Assembly: GCF_964194155.1 (NCBI RefSeq)
Contig: NC_135896.1
Coordinates: forward strand, 79,422,001 to 79,486,000
Length of the DNA: 64,000 nucleotides
Source of the DNA: Cetorhinus maximus
Taxonomy: Eukaryota
Direction: 5' to 3'
The notes beneath the pieces were generated by a model. That model worked only from the letters and a program-made list of their open reading frames with translations. It searched no databases and was not told the origin of the DNA. Positions 51,110 to 63,935 of the stretch are shown here, piece by piece. The position numbers and the translations under genes were made by a program. How positions within the stretch are numbered: the first letter of the stretch is position 1; the number at the start of each line of letters is the position of its first letter.

Positions 51110-52517
51110 AACATAAGATATAGGATCATGAGTAGACCATTCGGCCCCTCAAGCATGCTCCGCCATTCAATAAGATCATGGCTGATGATCTTGTGTTTCG
51201 ATTTCCACATTCCCACCTAACCCCGATAACCTTTGATTCCCTTGCCTAACAAGAATCTATCTACCTCTGCCTTAAAAATATTCGATGACCCCGTCTCCAC
51301 TGCCTTCTGAGGAAGAGAGTTCCAAAGTCACACAACCCTTAGAGAAAATATTTCTCCTCATCTCTGTCCCAAAAGGGCAACCCCTAATTTTAAAACCGTG
51401 CCCCCTAGTTCTGGACTCACCCACCTCCTTTCGACGTCCACCTTGTCAAGGCCATTCAGGATTTTCAATCAAATCACCTCTCACTCCTCTAAACTCCAGT
51501 GAAAACAAGCCTTGTCTGTCCAACCTTTCCTCATAAGACAACCCACTCATTCCAGGTATCAATCTAGTAAACCTCCTCTGAACCACCTCCAATGCATTTA
51601 TATCCTTCCTTAAATAAGGAGACCAAAACTGCACACAGTATTCGAGGTGCGGTTTCACCAATTCCCTGTATAACTGAAGCATAACATCCTTCCTTTTATG
51701 TTCAATCCCTCTCATAATAAAAGATTGCATCCATTAGCCTTCTTAATTACTTGCTCTATCTGTATACTAACTTTTTGTAACTAATGTACTAGAATACCTA
51801 GATCCTTCAGCACCTTCAACAACTTCACATTTTCCCACATTAAAATCCATTTGCCAGATCTTTACCCATCACTCAACCTATCTATATCCATCTGCAACCT
51901 CCTCATGTCCTCTTCACAGCATACTTTCCTTTGTATCATCTGCAAATTTAGCTACCATGTCTTCACTCCCCTCATCTAGGTTATTGATGTAAATTGTAAA
52001 AAGCTGAGGCCCCAGTACAGACCCCTGTGGGACTCTACTCGTCACATCCTTCCAATCAAAAAAAGATCTATTTATGCATACTCTCTGCTTTCTGTCAGCC
52101 AGTCAATCTTCTATCCATGCTAATATGTTACACCCTACACCATGCGCTTTTATTTTCTGTAATAACCTTTGATGTGGCACCTTATCAAATGTCTTCTGGA
52201 AATCCAAGTACAGTATGTCTACAGGCTCCCCTTTATCCACAGCACATGTTACTCCTTCCAAAAACTCCAATAAATTGGTTAAACATGATTTTCCTTTCAG
52301 AAAACCATGCTGACTCTTCCCGATTGTCTTGAGCTCTTCTAAGTGCCCAGCTCCTTAATGATCGATTCTGACACCTTCCCCACGACAGACATCAAGCTAG
52401 CTGGCCTATAGCTTACTGTTTTCTGCCTCCCTCCCTTCTTGAATAGAGGGGTTATCTTTGCTACTTTCCAAACTGATGGAGCCTTTCCAGAATCTAGCGA
52501 ATTTTGGAAAATTAACA
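51110..52517 (-). mobile_element. CR1 LINE fragment
   Basis: ORF 51446-51730 HLEYCVQFWSPYLRKDINALEVVQRRFTRLIPG. Tail aacataagatataggatc. Confidence 0.9.
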
Positions 52518-52693
52518 CTGGGGTGAGTTAGGGTTATGAGGCTATGATGATAAATGTTGATATTTTCACTGTCACTACAACGCAAAATCTGGGCCATTGT
52601 TAGACTCCAGTTTTCCCATCTAAAATAATCTGATTTTTAATGTTTTGTTTTTCAATGACTTTTGTTTATCGAGTACTTTATACAGTAGTTTTT

Positions 52694-53080
52694 TGTTGCA
52701 GTGAAATTGACAAACACCTAGGAGACTTCAGGTACGGTTTTCGATCGTTTATTGTACAAGCATATGCAGGGAGAGCCATCTTGGGCAGTCCAAAGTGAAC
52801 TCTACCATTCAACCAATTACATCAGTTTATATACCTTTTGCTTCTTACAATTTCGAAGCTGTCTTGCATGTGTAGACTCACAAACTTAACAGAGAACTGA
52901 TTGCATTAGCGAAGAACTGATTGCATTAATGAAGAATTGATTGCCTTAATGAAGAACTGATTGCATTATGCTGTAGGCTCACAGCACTTCACAAACAGTT
53001 CACTCATTGTCTGTTACCTGTTACTTTGTTGCTAAGCAGTTATTGCATCAGCTTAATCTTATCTTATGTTCTCCACCCAG
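52694..53080 (-). mobile_element. Probable short solo LTR with 4 x 20-bp internal repeats
   Basis: Minus-strand order: repeats (52891-52970), TATATAA (~52827-52833), AATAAA (~52748-52753). Ends are uncertain. Confidence 0.5.
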
Positions 53081-53419
53081 ATGTACCCTATCACTGGATA
53101 CTTGACACGCTAAACTTCGCTAATTTTTATATTAATTTCTATTTTAAACCTTTGACCACGAGCTTGCTTGCCAATAAATTTCCCCTAACGATTTTCAATG
53201 GGCTTGAAGTAGTTCACCCTCACCCCAGTCTTGGTTGGTCTGAGCTCAAAGGAGAATTAGCCAGGTGAAATATTATATTTTTTAAAAGTTAAGAAATATA
53301 ACAAGAAATATAAACTTAAGCTTGTTAATAACAAGAAACTGGCGTTATAACCTATGATTTCTGCATGCACAAAGTATGAACAATGGTTTTTCTTCCTTTG
53401 CTGCATGTAATCACTATAA

Positions 53420-53842
53420 TAAAACATTTATATAGCACCTTGTAATGTAAAACATTCCAAGAAACTTTGCAGAAGCATTCCAAAGCAAATTTGAGACCAA
53501 GCCACATGAGGAAACATTAGGAAAGATGACCAAGAGCTTGGTAAAAGAGATAAGTTTTAAGGAGTATCTTAAAAGAGGAAAGAGTGGTAGAGAAGCTGAG
53601 AGGTTTAAGAAGGAAATTCCAGAGTTTAAAGCCTAGGCAGCTGAAGGCAGAGCCACCAATGATAGAACAATAGAAATTGGGGACGCACAAGAGACCAGCA
53701 TTGGAGAAGCACAGGGATCTTGGAAGGTTGTAGGGATAGAGGAGACTACAGAGACAGGGATGGGCAAGGTCGTGGAGGGATTTCAAAGCAAGGATGAGAA
53801 TTCTAAAATAGAAACAGTGCCAGGCCAGGAGCCAAGGTAGGT
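53420..53842 (-). mobile_element. L2-type LINE 3' fragment
   Basis: ORF 53517-53786 KSLHDLAHP...GGSAFSCLGFKLWNFL...SSFKILLKTYLF is a typical L2 ORF2 C-terminus. Confidence 0.85.
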
Positions 53843-54276
53843 CGATATATTAATTTGCATATTAAATAATATGCAAAAGTTTATGAATTAGGTAATAATC
53901 AGAGCACAAGACAAAATATAAAGACTTTGCATAGAAATTTTCTCTTAAAGCTTCCTTAGCTCATTCCATTTTAGCTATGTAGCCTTTAGCACCTTTGGCT
54001 TTTGTCCTGCAGAGTGAGAAATATACAGCCTACCCGTTACCTTGGAGTCATGAACTGGAGTTTTAAGACCCACATACATATGAAAAGGTTATATTTAATT
54101 CACAGCAATATTATCTCTTGCATCCATTCCATCATGTTTTTGAAAGAATTTCCATTTCAGCAGTTCAGTTTTGCATTCATTATATCACAGATTCCTTTGT
54201 AAAATAGGTGGTGTTTATGTCACACATGTATATCACTTTACATAATTTTTCAAAGTACTTTAATTTTCTTTTGCAG

Positions 54277-54375
54277 GTAGCACAATTAAGTTGGATTGAA
54301 AGAAAGGCAGCCTCAACCTTCTATGGAACACCTCCAAGTTCCACCATTGATGAGGCTCTGAAAAACTTCTTAAGG
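54277..54375 (+). CDS. RMDN2: Internal coding exon of RMDN-family protein
   Basis: Acceptor taattttcttttgcag, 99 nt, phase 0/0, donor AGG|gtgaga. Translates [33 protein letters not shown] (recalled RMDN2: [33 protein letters not shown]). Joins in frame to the 17348 exon. Confidence 0.92.
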
Positions 54376-54579
54376 GTGAGACCTGGTTTGAACTAAGTGT
54401 CAAAGTTTCTATATTATATCTCTGATAATGTGCAGGTACTAATACTGGAAAAGAAACTGTTGATGATTATAAGTATCTAAAAATTATAAATGCCTGAGCC
54501 AAAAAAACCATAGGGCATTATTGTCCACTCAAGATAATTTCTGTAACCTTTGGAGATGGCCAGTTTGGGACTGTAGATT

Positions 54580-54733
54580 GCGGGCTTTTAACCTGAACAA
54601 GCCTGCACCCTTAAAAGGCAATCCCCAAAATCGGAAACCACGAGAATGAGTTCGGGATTCCCAGAATCAGGAATTCTCAACCGCCATTTTTAAAGGGCTC
54701 CCAAGTCATCCCACCTTGGTGAAAATCTGGGCC
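54580..54733. mobile_element. Right end of a second copy of the 12653-13638 MITE
   Basis: ccgccatttttaaagggctcccaa...ggtgaaaatctgggcc matches 13586-13638. Confidence 0.7.
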
Positions 54734-55311
54734 CAAGTGAGTGGGCCAACTATGGTAGATGGAGTTTAATGTGGACAAAAATGAGGTCATCCACTTTAGA
54801 CCAAAGAAAGATGAACTGGATAATTTTCTAAATGGTCAAATACTAGGAACAGGAGAGGAGTGGCGAGATTTAGGAATCCAAATACATAAATAATTTAATA
54901 CAATGAAAAAGGCCAGTGAAATGTTAGCCTTTATCTTAAGGGGACTGGAGTACACAAGGATGTTAAATCCATCCCAGACTAACCAGATAAATGTTTAATT
55001 TCCCCATAGCCTGCAAGTGTCCCAAACAAAATTGCGTTTGGGAAATCTCCTAGTGGGCATGGCTCTGTAGTACAAAACTGACCTAATTCAGAGGCCAAAG
55101 AGGAAATTAGAAACATTGGTCCATTAGTGCTCTTCTGTGATTGGGGTTAAAGTTCATTGTTTCAGCATCATCCACACCTTACACAATTCTTGTCTCAATG
55201 TTCATACAAGGTGCAAATAATGACATTGCCGTTAGCAAAAACAGTTATAGTCACAACCCATATCAGATCAGTTACTGTAAGTAAACACAGTATTTACTAT
55301 CTAATTTACAG

Positions 55312-55365
55312 GCAGAAGAATTGAGACCAGGATACTCCAAAGACAACTCCGTCTACATTGCAAAG
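55312..55365 (+). CDS. RMDN2: Internal coding exon of RMDN-family protein
   Basis: Acceptor tatctaatttacag, 54 nt, phase 0/0, donor AAG|gtactt. Translates AEELRPGYSKDNSVYIAK (recalled RMDN2: AEELCPGYSNPNYMYLAK). The flanking exons were not found in the window. Confidence 0.9.
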
Positions 55366-56466
55366 GTACTTCGGCCGCCAATGTTCTGGGTAGTTCCCAG
55401 TCAGGTAACCCAAGGAGCTTTGGGGTGCCAGGTGGTAAAAGCCTAAACTTGTCGCATTCTCTTGTAAAGTTGAGCAGATATAAATGTGTTCTAAGTAAAG
55501 GAGATAAAAGCACATAATTGACTGTTATCAAGAGTCCACACAGTATTAGCGATGATGATAGTTTTCTGGTCCTATCCTGTTTACAGTGGTAGTTTTCAAT
55601 AATGTGTTGGTTGTCATTAGAGTTTTTATGGAATGTATATATTAGGCCTTCTCTGTTTCATCAGATTACATCTGTAGGAAAAGCAGTAAACTAAGCATGT
55701 CTTCCTTACCATCGTCCTTCAAACACACATCCTGTTTAATTTTACGGGAGTGATATTAGCAGAAATGTCTGCATGAGGTCATCCTATCCTCCCCTTTCCA
55801 TTCACTTCCTAAGTTTCCATGGTGGCTTTTTTCTCCTGCAGAAGCTATAAATGTCCCTGAGCTCTCTCATTTCTGTACCACGTTAATGTCAAAAGTGTCT
55901 TCAGTCCTTCCACACTGGAGACTGTTACAATCCTGTTAGGGACTGTTAACAATCTGAGAGATTGAACGCCACGTAATTAACTGACAGAACTCGACCCGAC
56001 CCAACTTAAAATATCGTCAAATGACGTTGGACGTGCTTCCCGACATCATCATGCACGCGCTCAATTTCACGGTTGGCAGGTGTGTGCACAAATCGATCTG
56101 TTCCTGCCAGTATTTAAAGGGCCAATTAAGGCCATTAACAAGCCAATATATAGCGATTTTACGCTGCCGTGCAATTTTTAGCTCATCACATGGGCAAAAC
56201 GGGCGGATAGAAATCACATTTTAATCATTTCCTCATCCATGTGTGGGATAAAAGGCCCCTGGAGCAGCAGCACTTTCTCTGTCATTGCCAGTTCTTTGCT
56301 GTGTGAGTACAGAGTTGTCCCAGAGTTCCTTTGCATCTTGTTTGATTGTCAAGCCTGCCGTCTGTCTTTCAGCATCTCAGGTTCTCATCTTCCCTGGAGG
56401 GTTCCCTGAGTATTGTAGCTCAGTGCTCCTTCATTTTCAAGGCACTGCTCCTCTGCATTCCATCTA

Positions 56467-59055
56467 ATGGGGATAGTGGATTCCGCCGGTGGAACCTCCT
56501 CTGAAGAGCAAGAGAGGGGCAGGAGGGAGAAGAGGCCAGGTGAGCGTGGGCAGCATCCCAGGGACAGACCTTTAAGAGAAGAGGCACGAGCTCAGTTGGT
56601 GCAGGGCCAGTGGGGAGACCAAAGTAGGAGGGCACGCCCAAAACACCACAACCCAGTGGCTAGAATGTTCAGGCAGCGCTCCAACCACCTCCAGATGTCC
56701 AAGGCCCAGTGTCGCTGGAGGCTCCACCTCTCTACGGACACAGTGACAGCAGTGTGTCACATGAGATGTCCGGATATCGCCTCCAACTTCGTGGGCGGAT
56801 AACCCATGCTGTTGGCTTTGAAGGTCAGAGTGGCCTCCAACTTTTATGCCTCCTGTTCTTTTCAGGGCTCAGTGGGGGATCTATGCCGTGTTTCTCAATC
56901 AGCTGCACACAGTTGTGTCAAGCTCGTGACTGATGCTGTCTTTAGACACGTCCAAATGTACATCTACTTCCGGACAAACGAGGCGAGCTAGGCAGAGAGA
57001 GAGTGCGAGGCTTCACTGTGATGGCTGGGTTCCCCCACCTCCAGGATGTAATAGATTGTACTCATGTGGACATCAAGGCACCAGCGGGTGAGCCGGGAGC
57101 TTTTGTAAACTGAAAGAGGTTCCACTCAATGAATGTTCAGATCGTCTGTGACCACAGGACACAGATTCTCCAAGTTTGTGCCCGTTACAAACATGCAAGA
57201 ATAATGCCGGCAACTACAGACCAATCAGTTTGACTTCAGTGGTCGGGAAACTTCTGGAAACTATAGTTTGGGAGAAAATTAGTAGTCACTTAGACAGGTG
57301 TGGGATAATTAAGGAAAACTAGCATGGATTCATTAAGGGAAAATCATGTTTAACTAACTTACTGGAGTTTTTTGAGGTGGTAACAGAGAAGGTTGTTAAG
57401 GGCAATGCTGTTGATGTGGTGCATATGGATTTTCAAAAGGCATTTGATACAGTGTCACACAACAGACTTGTGAGCAAAATTCTACCTCATGGAATAAAAG
57501 GGAAAATAGGCACTTGGATAAGAAATTGGCTGAGTGACAGGAAACAGAGAGTAGTGATAAATTATTGTTTTTCAGATTGGTGAAAGGTCTGTAGTGGAGT
57601 TCCCCAGGGGTCAGTATTGGGACCCTTGCTCTTCTTGATACATATTAATGACCGAGACTGTGGTGTGCAGGGCATGATTTCAAAATTTGCAGGTGATACA
57701 AAGATTGGAAGCGCTGTCAACTGTGATGAGGATAGTCTTGAACTTCAAAAGGACACAGACATGTTGGTGGATTGGGCAGACAAATGGCAGATGAAGTTCA
57801 ATGCAGAGAAGTGTGAGGTGATTCATTTTGGCAGGAAGAATATGGAGAGACAGTATAAAATAAAGGGAGAAACTCCAGAAGAGTTGCATATGTACATAAG
57901 TCATTGAAGATGGCAGGGCATGTTGAGAGAGCAGTTAATAAAGCATATGGTATCCTAGGTTTTATTAATAGGGGCATTGAGTGCAAGAGTAGGGAGATCA
58001 TGTTAAACTTATATAAGACACGAGTTAGGCCTCATCTGGAGTACTGTGTCCAGTTCTGGGCACCATACTTGAGGAAGGATGTGCAGGCATTGGAGACAGT
58101 ACAGGAGATTCACAAGAATGATTCCAGGGAAAAACAACTGTAGCCGTATGGATAAATTGGAGAGGTTGGGACTGCTTTCCTTGAAAAAAAGAAGGCTGAG
58201 AGGAGACTTGATAGAGGTATTCAAGATCCTGAGGGGTATGGATAGGGTAAAATGAGAAGTACTAGAGGGCACAGATTCAAAATATTGGGCCAAAGGAGTA
58301 GAAGTGATGTGAGGAAATTTTTTTTCATCCAGAGGGTGGTTGGAGTCTGGAACGAGCTTCCTGAAAGGGTGGTGGAGGCAGGTTCGATCGAGGTATTCAA
58401 AAGGGAATTGGACTGCTATCTGAAAAGAAAGAATGTGCAAGGTTATGTAGATAAGGCAGGGGAGTGGGATTAGGTAGATTGCTCTTTCAGCGAGCCAGTG
58501 CAGACTTGATGGGCCAAATGGTTGTCTCCTGCACTGTAAAGATCCTGTGATTCTGTTACCCTGGGAGCTCACATGATTCTTACATCTTGCGGCACTCACA
58601 GGTACCAAGACTGTTCGTGCCTCCTATACATGTGGATGGATGGCTCCTGGGTGACAAAGGCTATCCTTTGAAGAGATGGCTGATGACCTCACTCTGGCAC
58701 CCAAGAACTGAGGCCGAGGAGAGATACAACAGGAGTTGTGCCTCCACAAGGGCGGTGGTAGAGAGGACCATCGGGCTGCTGAAGATGCTGTTCAGATGCC
58801 TGGACCAATTGGGGGAAGCATTGCAGTGTGCTCCCTCATAGTTGTCACATGCTGCACAACCTGGCTCTGTCAAGGGGGTACCCACTGGAGGCTGAGGAAA
58901 GCGAGGCAGCTCCACGGGCCAGGGAGGATGATTCAAGTGATGGCTCAGAGGAAGAGCCTGGGGAGATACAGGTTGAGGACTTCGAGGCAGAGGACAGGAA
59001 CCTTCATGGAGGCAGGGACACCAGGGATGCTTTGATCCAGCGAAACTTCAGCTAG
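56467..59055 (+). pseudogene. Harbinger (HARBI1-like) DDE transposase, disrupted
   Basis: Motifs NFYASCSFQ, VIDCTHVDIKAP, FHSMNVQIVCD, ARY|[28 protein letters not shown] and an acidic tail. Contains stops, frameshifts and a CR1 insertion. Confidence 0.9.
57189..58554 (+). mobile_element. CR1 LINE inserted in the Harbinger transposase
   Basis: TSD gttac (57184-57188 and 58555-58559). RT ORFs span 57377-58473. Confidence 0.92.
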
Positions 59056-59339
59056 GCATCCAAGGCATCAATGCCTCATCGAGCCAATGGCACTGTCTCC
59101 TTTGCTAACAATCAATAAATGAGAACCCAACCCAGTATGCCAGCACTACACAACGCCATACATTTACAAATCTGTGCTGCATTTGGCACCTATTCAAACC
59201 ATTCAACTAACTCAGCCCATTTAAGTCAAATAAATGTTTATGTTACTTCACATAAACATACAAAGAACAAACTAAGTGTCAGTCCCTAACACAAACATCA
59301 AAATAATTAACACAAATAAACTCACCCATGACACGCCCC

Positions 59340-61100
59340 TGTTGTGCTCAAGGTGCCTTCAACTTACGTCTGTGGGTGCTTTGTTTTGGTGCCCCGCCCC
59401 TCACTGTCAGTGGCATTGGAGGCAGCCTGATTGCTGTCCTGGCCCTGATGACCATGGCGGTCCTCTGCCTGGGAGGGTGCGTCCAGCCCCATGGCTGGGC
59501 ACTCCTCAGTCATTGCAGCAATATCAGATGCAGAGGCTACTGGCAGAGGGGCAGAAGCACTGGTGCCCTCATTTGGAGTGCCACAGGAGCCTAAAGAGAT
59601 GACAGGCAGCTCGTCCACCTCCCTGCTCACCATTGATGGACAGACGCCCAGCAGAGAGACTAGGTGCCTCATCCATTTCTCACACTGGCAGTGACCTCTG
59701 GAGGTCATTGCTTGTGTGAGGGCTTGCAGGTCCGAGTGCAACCCCAGGAGCCTCTGAGTCTGCTCCTGAAGCTGCCTTTGCGTGAGAGTCGCCACTTGGT
59801 TTTAAGGGTCAACGCAGAACCCATGCTCTGCATGGACTACCCCATGACAGAGACCATGGCACACAGACCCTCATGGATCTCCTCACGCTTCCCGCTGGAC
59901 ATCAAGCATCTGCCGCCTGATGGACGACTCCAGAGGCTCAATTTCTGCCTCGGACGCAGCAATGTCCTGGTCTCTCCCTCTGCTCCCGCTGTCGGCTCCC
60001 TGGGATTTCTCTGCCTCTGCCAGCTCTTCATGCGAGTGTGATGTGCCCTCACCACTGTGCATTACCTGTGGAGCCGAAGAACTAATGCCCACCGACGTGA
60101 GAGTATCTGCGCCGGTGTCTGGTTCAGAGAGACGGTGTGATGCTGGTGCAGGTGTGATGTCTTCCTCAGAGCTCAATGGGGGGGTCCTCAGGATCGCCAG
60201 CAGCCCCTGCAGATGACACATGTGTGAATGGAAGGCAAAAGTTCAGTACATTCAATCATCATAGTCACTATGCATCCTAGGCGGGCTGAGGAGACAGTGG
60301 AGAGCTGCTGTATGATGCCATCTGCATTGGAGCTTCAGTGGACTCTCTGGCCACAACAGTTCAGTTTCTGATGAGAAGAGCCCGTTATGTTTCTAGTGTC
60401 CACCACACACACATCTGTCACCTGCACTCTTACCTTCATCCAAGACCCCTGCCTCACCATCTCCAGAGGAATGGGCTGGCCGGTGGCATTCCATCTCCAG
60501 TGCATCGCGAGGATGCACAGATTTGGCACTCCCCCACCCGTTCAGCGGCGCTCTGCAGTGTTATGACTGCTCTTCTCAGGGGAAAAATAGAAAGCATCAT
60601 TATTGCTCCATTTCCCTGAAGGTTCTTTCTTGGTTCCACTCCCTGCACCGTCGCCGACCCGCCCCCCCACCCACCCACTTGGGTATTAGGCGGGCCATGT
60701 CATTGTGGCACACCTCACCCTGCAATGCATTGAGGCCAGTCACGCTGACATCATAGCCTTGGCAGGGCGGGCTTAAACCCCTGAACGTTCCGAGCAACGA
60801 GCACCTGACTAAAGTTCTTTGGATGGGTCCATGCCATCTCTGCACTTACCCTTGCTGACCGCAGAAAACCATTGAACCTTTTGTGACACTGAAACCACGT
60901 GTGGCGCACCACGTCGTGCCCACTGACCTGGGTGGCGACCTCTGTCCAGGCCTTCTTGGTCAAGTGGGGCGGCCTCCTCTTGACATCCCTGGGCATTAAG
61001 ATATGCCTCCTGGCACTGACCTCCTTGACCTACACTCCCAGGCACTCTTCTGAGAAACTGGGGGCAGAGTGCCCACCCAATTTGTCCTCCCGCCTTCCAT
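59340..61100 (-). pseudogene. Harbinger Myb/SANT-like partner gene, intron-containing, disrupted
   Basis: TKKAWTEVATQVSGHDVVRHTWFQCHKRFNGFLRSAR|gtaagt (donor at 60849), a second donor GAAG|gtaaga near 60434, and an acceptor tcatctgcag near 60208. Confidence 0.75.
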
Positions 61101-62203
61101 GACCACCAGGTGCTGAGGCCAAGACTGCACACCAGGACACTTCTAGGATAGCTTCAAAACAGTTCCTCAGCCGCCACCACAACTCCTGGCAGACGCATTC
61201 CCACCCCCCTGCACAGAAAAACCAACTGTCAGTCGCGTTTCACGCTGAGTGGGCCTTGATTGGCCACCCAACGTTATATCGCATTCCAAGCACGATCTCA
61301 GCTGGGAGCAGGTTTTACATCCACTTCCAGCCGCGCCAACTTGGGGTGCACCCGGGGGTAAAATTCAGGCCTATGTAGATAAGAATTCAATAAAGCAAGC
61401 ACTATTAACACTATAGTTTAAAATTACTTGTGGTATGAACTCAGTTCTACTTTTTACTTGTACATTACAACAATCTTGAAGGTTCATTTGCTTCTTTAGG
61501 GACCGACTCACAAGGTATGTACAGCCCTCCAAAATTCACTTTAATTCTCCTCAATGTTCCAGTTATTCTCTGAGGTACTATTTTATGGGATCTTTCCATT
61601 AGCCTTTTGACTAAATGATCCTCCGACTTTTATTTAATATCGCATGTCTATGAATGTCTCAGCTGCTTGCTCTGGTTGCCAGCAGATACACAACTGCCTT
61701 TTCACAGCTCCCAAGCTAACTCTGCTGACTGCTTTCTGCCACAAGGCACTGTGAAGACCACTGTAGATTTCTTCCTCCAGCTGCAAACTAGGCAAAATCT
61801 TTCAGCTGCATTTTCCTTCATGAAATCTAAACTGAGCTTGAGTCCCAATTGCATTCCACACAGTGAACAGTAAAGTTAGTATTTTCTCTGCTTAAAGTGC
61901 AGGCCTGACTAACAATCATTCCCTGTTGGCTCCCTCAATCCAGTGAGATTAAGTCTACACCAGAGCAGAACTATAACTGCCTTCTGTGAGAAACACATGG
62001 CTAATTTAAACAGAAGAACCTTCTACCCCCAACAGCCCACCTCTATGACAATGTGGCATGCTTTGAGGTGTCCGCAAACATAAATGTAAATTAATTATTT
62101 TACCTTCAACACAACTTTTTGATTCTGTAACCAATGTGAATAATTTATATTTCTAATGGATGTAATTGCCCATTCTTCAGACTCCCTAGTTCCACACCCT
62201 CCT

Positions 62204-62593
62204 GGGAAGATGATGGCATAGTAGTAATGCTGCTGAGCTAGTGATCCAGGGGCCCAGGCTGAAGGCATGGGTTTGAATCCCACTACGGGAGCTGGTGGAA
62301 TTTGAATTCAATTAATAAATCTGGAATATTAAGATAGACTCAGTGATGACGACCATGAAACTATCATTGATTATTGTAAAAACCCATCTGGTTCACTAAT
62401 ACCCTTTAGGGAAAGAAATCTGCTATTCTTACCCAGCCTGGTCTATATATGACTCCAGACCCACATCAATCTTCTTAATTGCCCTCTGAAATGGCCTAGC
62501 AAGCCACTTATTTCAAGCACAGTTAAGGATGGGCAACAAATGCTGGCCTTGCCAGCGACGCCCACATCCCATGAAAGAAGAAAGGAAAAAAAA
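62204..62593 (+). mobile_element. tRNA-derived SINE (head plus tail of the 7949-11129 LINE)
   Basis: A box TGGCATAGTAG (62214-62224), B box GGTTTGAATCC (62270-62280), body gactccagacccac...ctgaaatggcctagcaagccac, tail gatgggcaacaaatgctggccttgccagcgacgcccacatcccatg then A-rich. Confidence 0.88.
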
Positions 62594-62929
62594 GACTCAG
62601 AAGTCCAGAGATGAATCACCCATTGCTTAAGTTTTTTGTTCACTATCAGCCCTGACCTTGTAAGATAAAAACAGGTTAACTAAACCTAGGCTTGTTTGGT
62701 TTGCCTTTACATTACAGTTGTTTGTCAGTTTTCTACCCAAATGCCCCCATTTATCTACAGTTAAAAACTTTAATTCATAAAACTAAAAATTGTATTCTAA
62801 AGCGTATGAATTATGAACTAGATATTGGCAACAAGACACACCGACCTAGTATAGTCACTGTTGTAGTGTATCGAACGTGGCAACCATTAGCTCCCAGCAA
62901 GGTCACATAAACAACATTGAGATATTAAA

Positions 62930-63280
62930 AAAGAGAAAGACTTGCATTTATTTAACACCTGTCATGACCACCGAACACCTCAAAGGGCCTAACAGCAAAT
63001 GAAGTTCTTCTGAAGTTAGGCACTGTGTTGTAATATAGGAAACCCGGCTACCAATTTGTGCGTAGCAAGGTCCGAAAAACAGCGATGTGACAATAACTGA
63101 ACAATCTGTTTTTGTGTTGCTGATTGAGGAGTATGACATTGGGGAGAATTCCCCAACTCTTCGAAATAGTGCCTGGGATCTTTTACATCCACCTGAGAGG
63201 GCAGTCAGGTCTTGGTTTAACATCCCATCTGAAAAACGGCACCTCTGACAATTCAGCATTCTGCTTTGACTGCACTGGGG
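62930..63280 (-). mobile_element. Deu-domain SINE
   Basis: Minus strand gatgttaaaccaagacc...ctctcaggtggatgtaaaagatcccaggcactatttcgaagag...caaattggtagccgggtttcctatattacaac matches the Deu domain as I recall it. Confidence 0.75.
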
Positions 63281-63699
63281 GAACGTCTCAGGTTCAAACT
63301 CCAGTCTATGCTGAATTACCATGGAAGTACCATGGAACTCTCATTACGCATGACCTATATTTTTGAGGCTTCACAAGGTGCCCTGAGTCATGAAAATTTT
63401 CTGATTGTGAATAATGTTGGCTTGTAGACACGGGACATACCACAATTCTAAATTCCCTGTGACTGTACACATGCCCTATCCCATTACCTTGCTCTACACA
63501 ATTATAAACCATTCTGCAAAGAAAATTATTAGTACTGTCATATAGTGAAACCAATAATGTCTTTGCCTGTGTTTAATTATTCCTCAAAAGATGGTACTGT
63601 TGCTCTAGGACAGTGGTGGGGCACTGCATTTAGTCTCATCACCCCAATCATGTGGATAAAATGATCAGCCAGAGTTGTCATTCCTGATCACTAAGTGCC

Positions 63700-63935
63700 A
63701 ACCTTGGTTCAGTGGTAGCATTCTCATCTCTGAGTCAGAATGTTCAAATCCCACTTCAGAATATTTAATCTGGGCTAACACTTCAGTGCAGTACTGAGGG
63801 AGGTGCTGTGTTTGAGGTGAGCTGTTAAAGCAAGGCCCTTCCTGCCTTAAGAGGTAGATGTAAACAATCCTATTTGCAGAAGAGTTCTCCAGAGACTATC
63901 AGCCTCTGTACTTCCTTATTACCAACAAGAAAAAA
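63700..63935 (+). mobile_element. Deu-domain SINE 5' part
   Basis: ttggttcagtggtagcattctcatctctgagtcagaatgttcaaatcccac head, then tgttaaagcaaggccc...aggtagatgtaaacaatcc. Confidence 0.65.

Larger units (their letters stand above)
55960..61371 (+). mobile_element. PIF/Harbinger transposon with convergent transposase and Myb/SANT genes
   Basis: Right TIR gtaaaattcaggcc ends at 61371; left TIR not recognisable. Both genes are detectable. Confidence 0.85.

Noticed and set aside
905-58554. Antisense orientation bias of LINE insertions relative to the host gene
   Set aside because: Long copies occur on both strands, and the counts are too small to support a bias.
56467-59055. Possible domesticated HARBI1 host gene
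   Set aside because: In-frame stops, frameshifts, a CR1 insertion, a TIR and a partner Myb ORF show it is a dead transposon.
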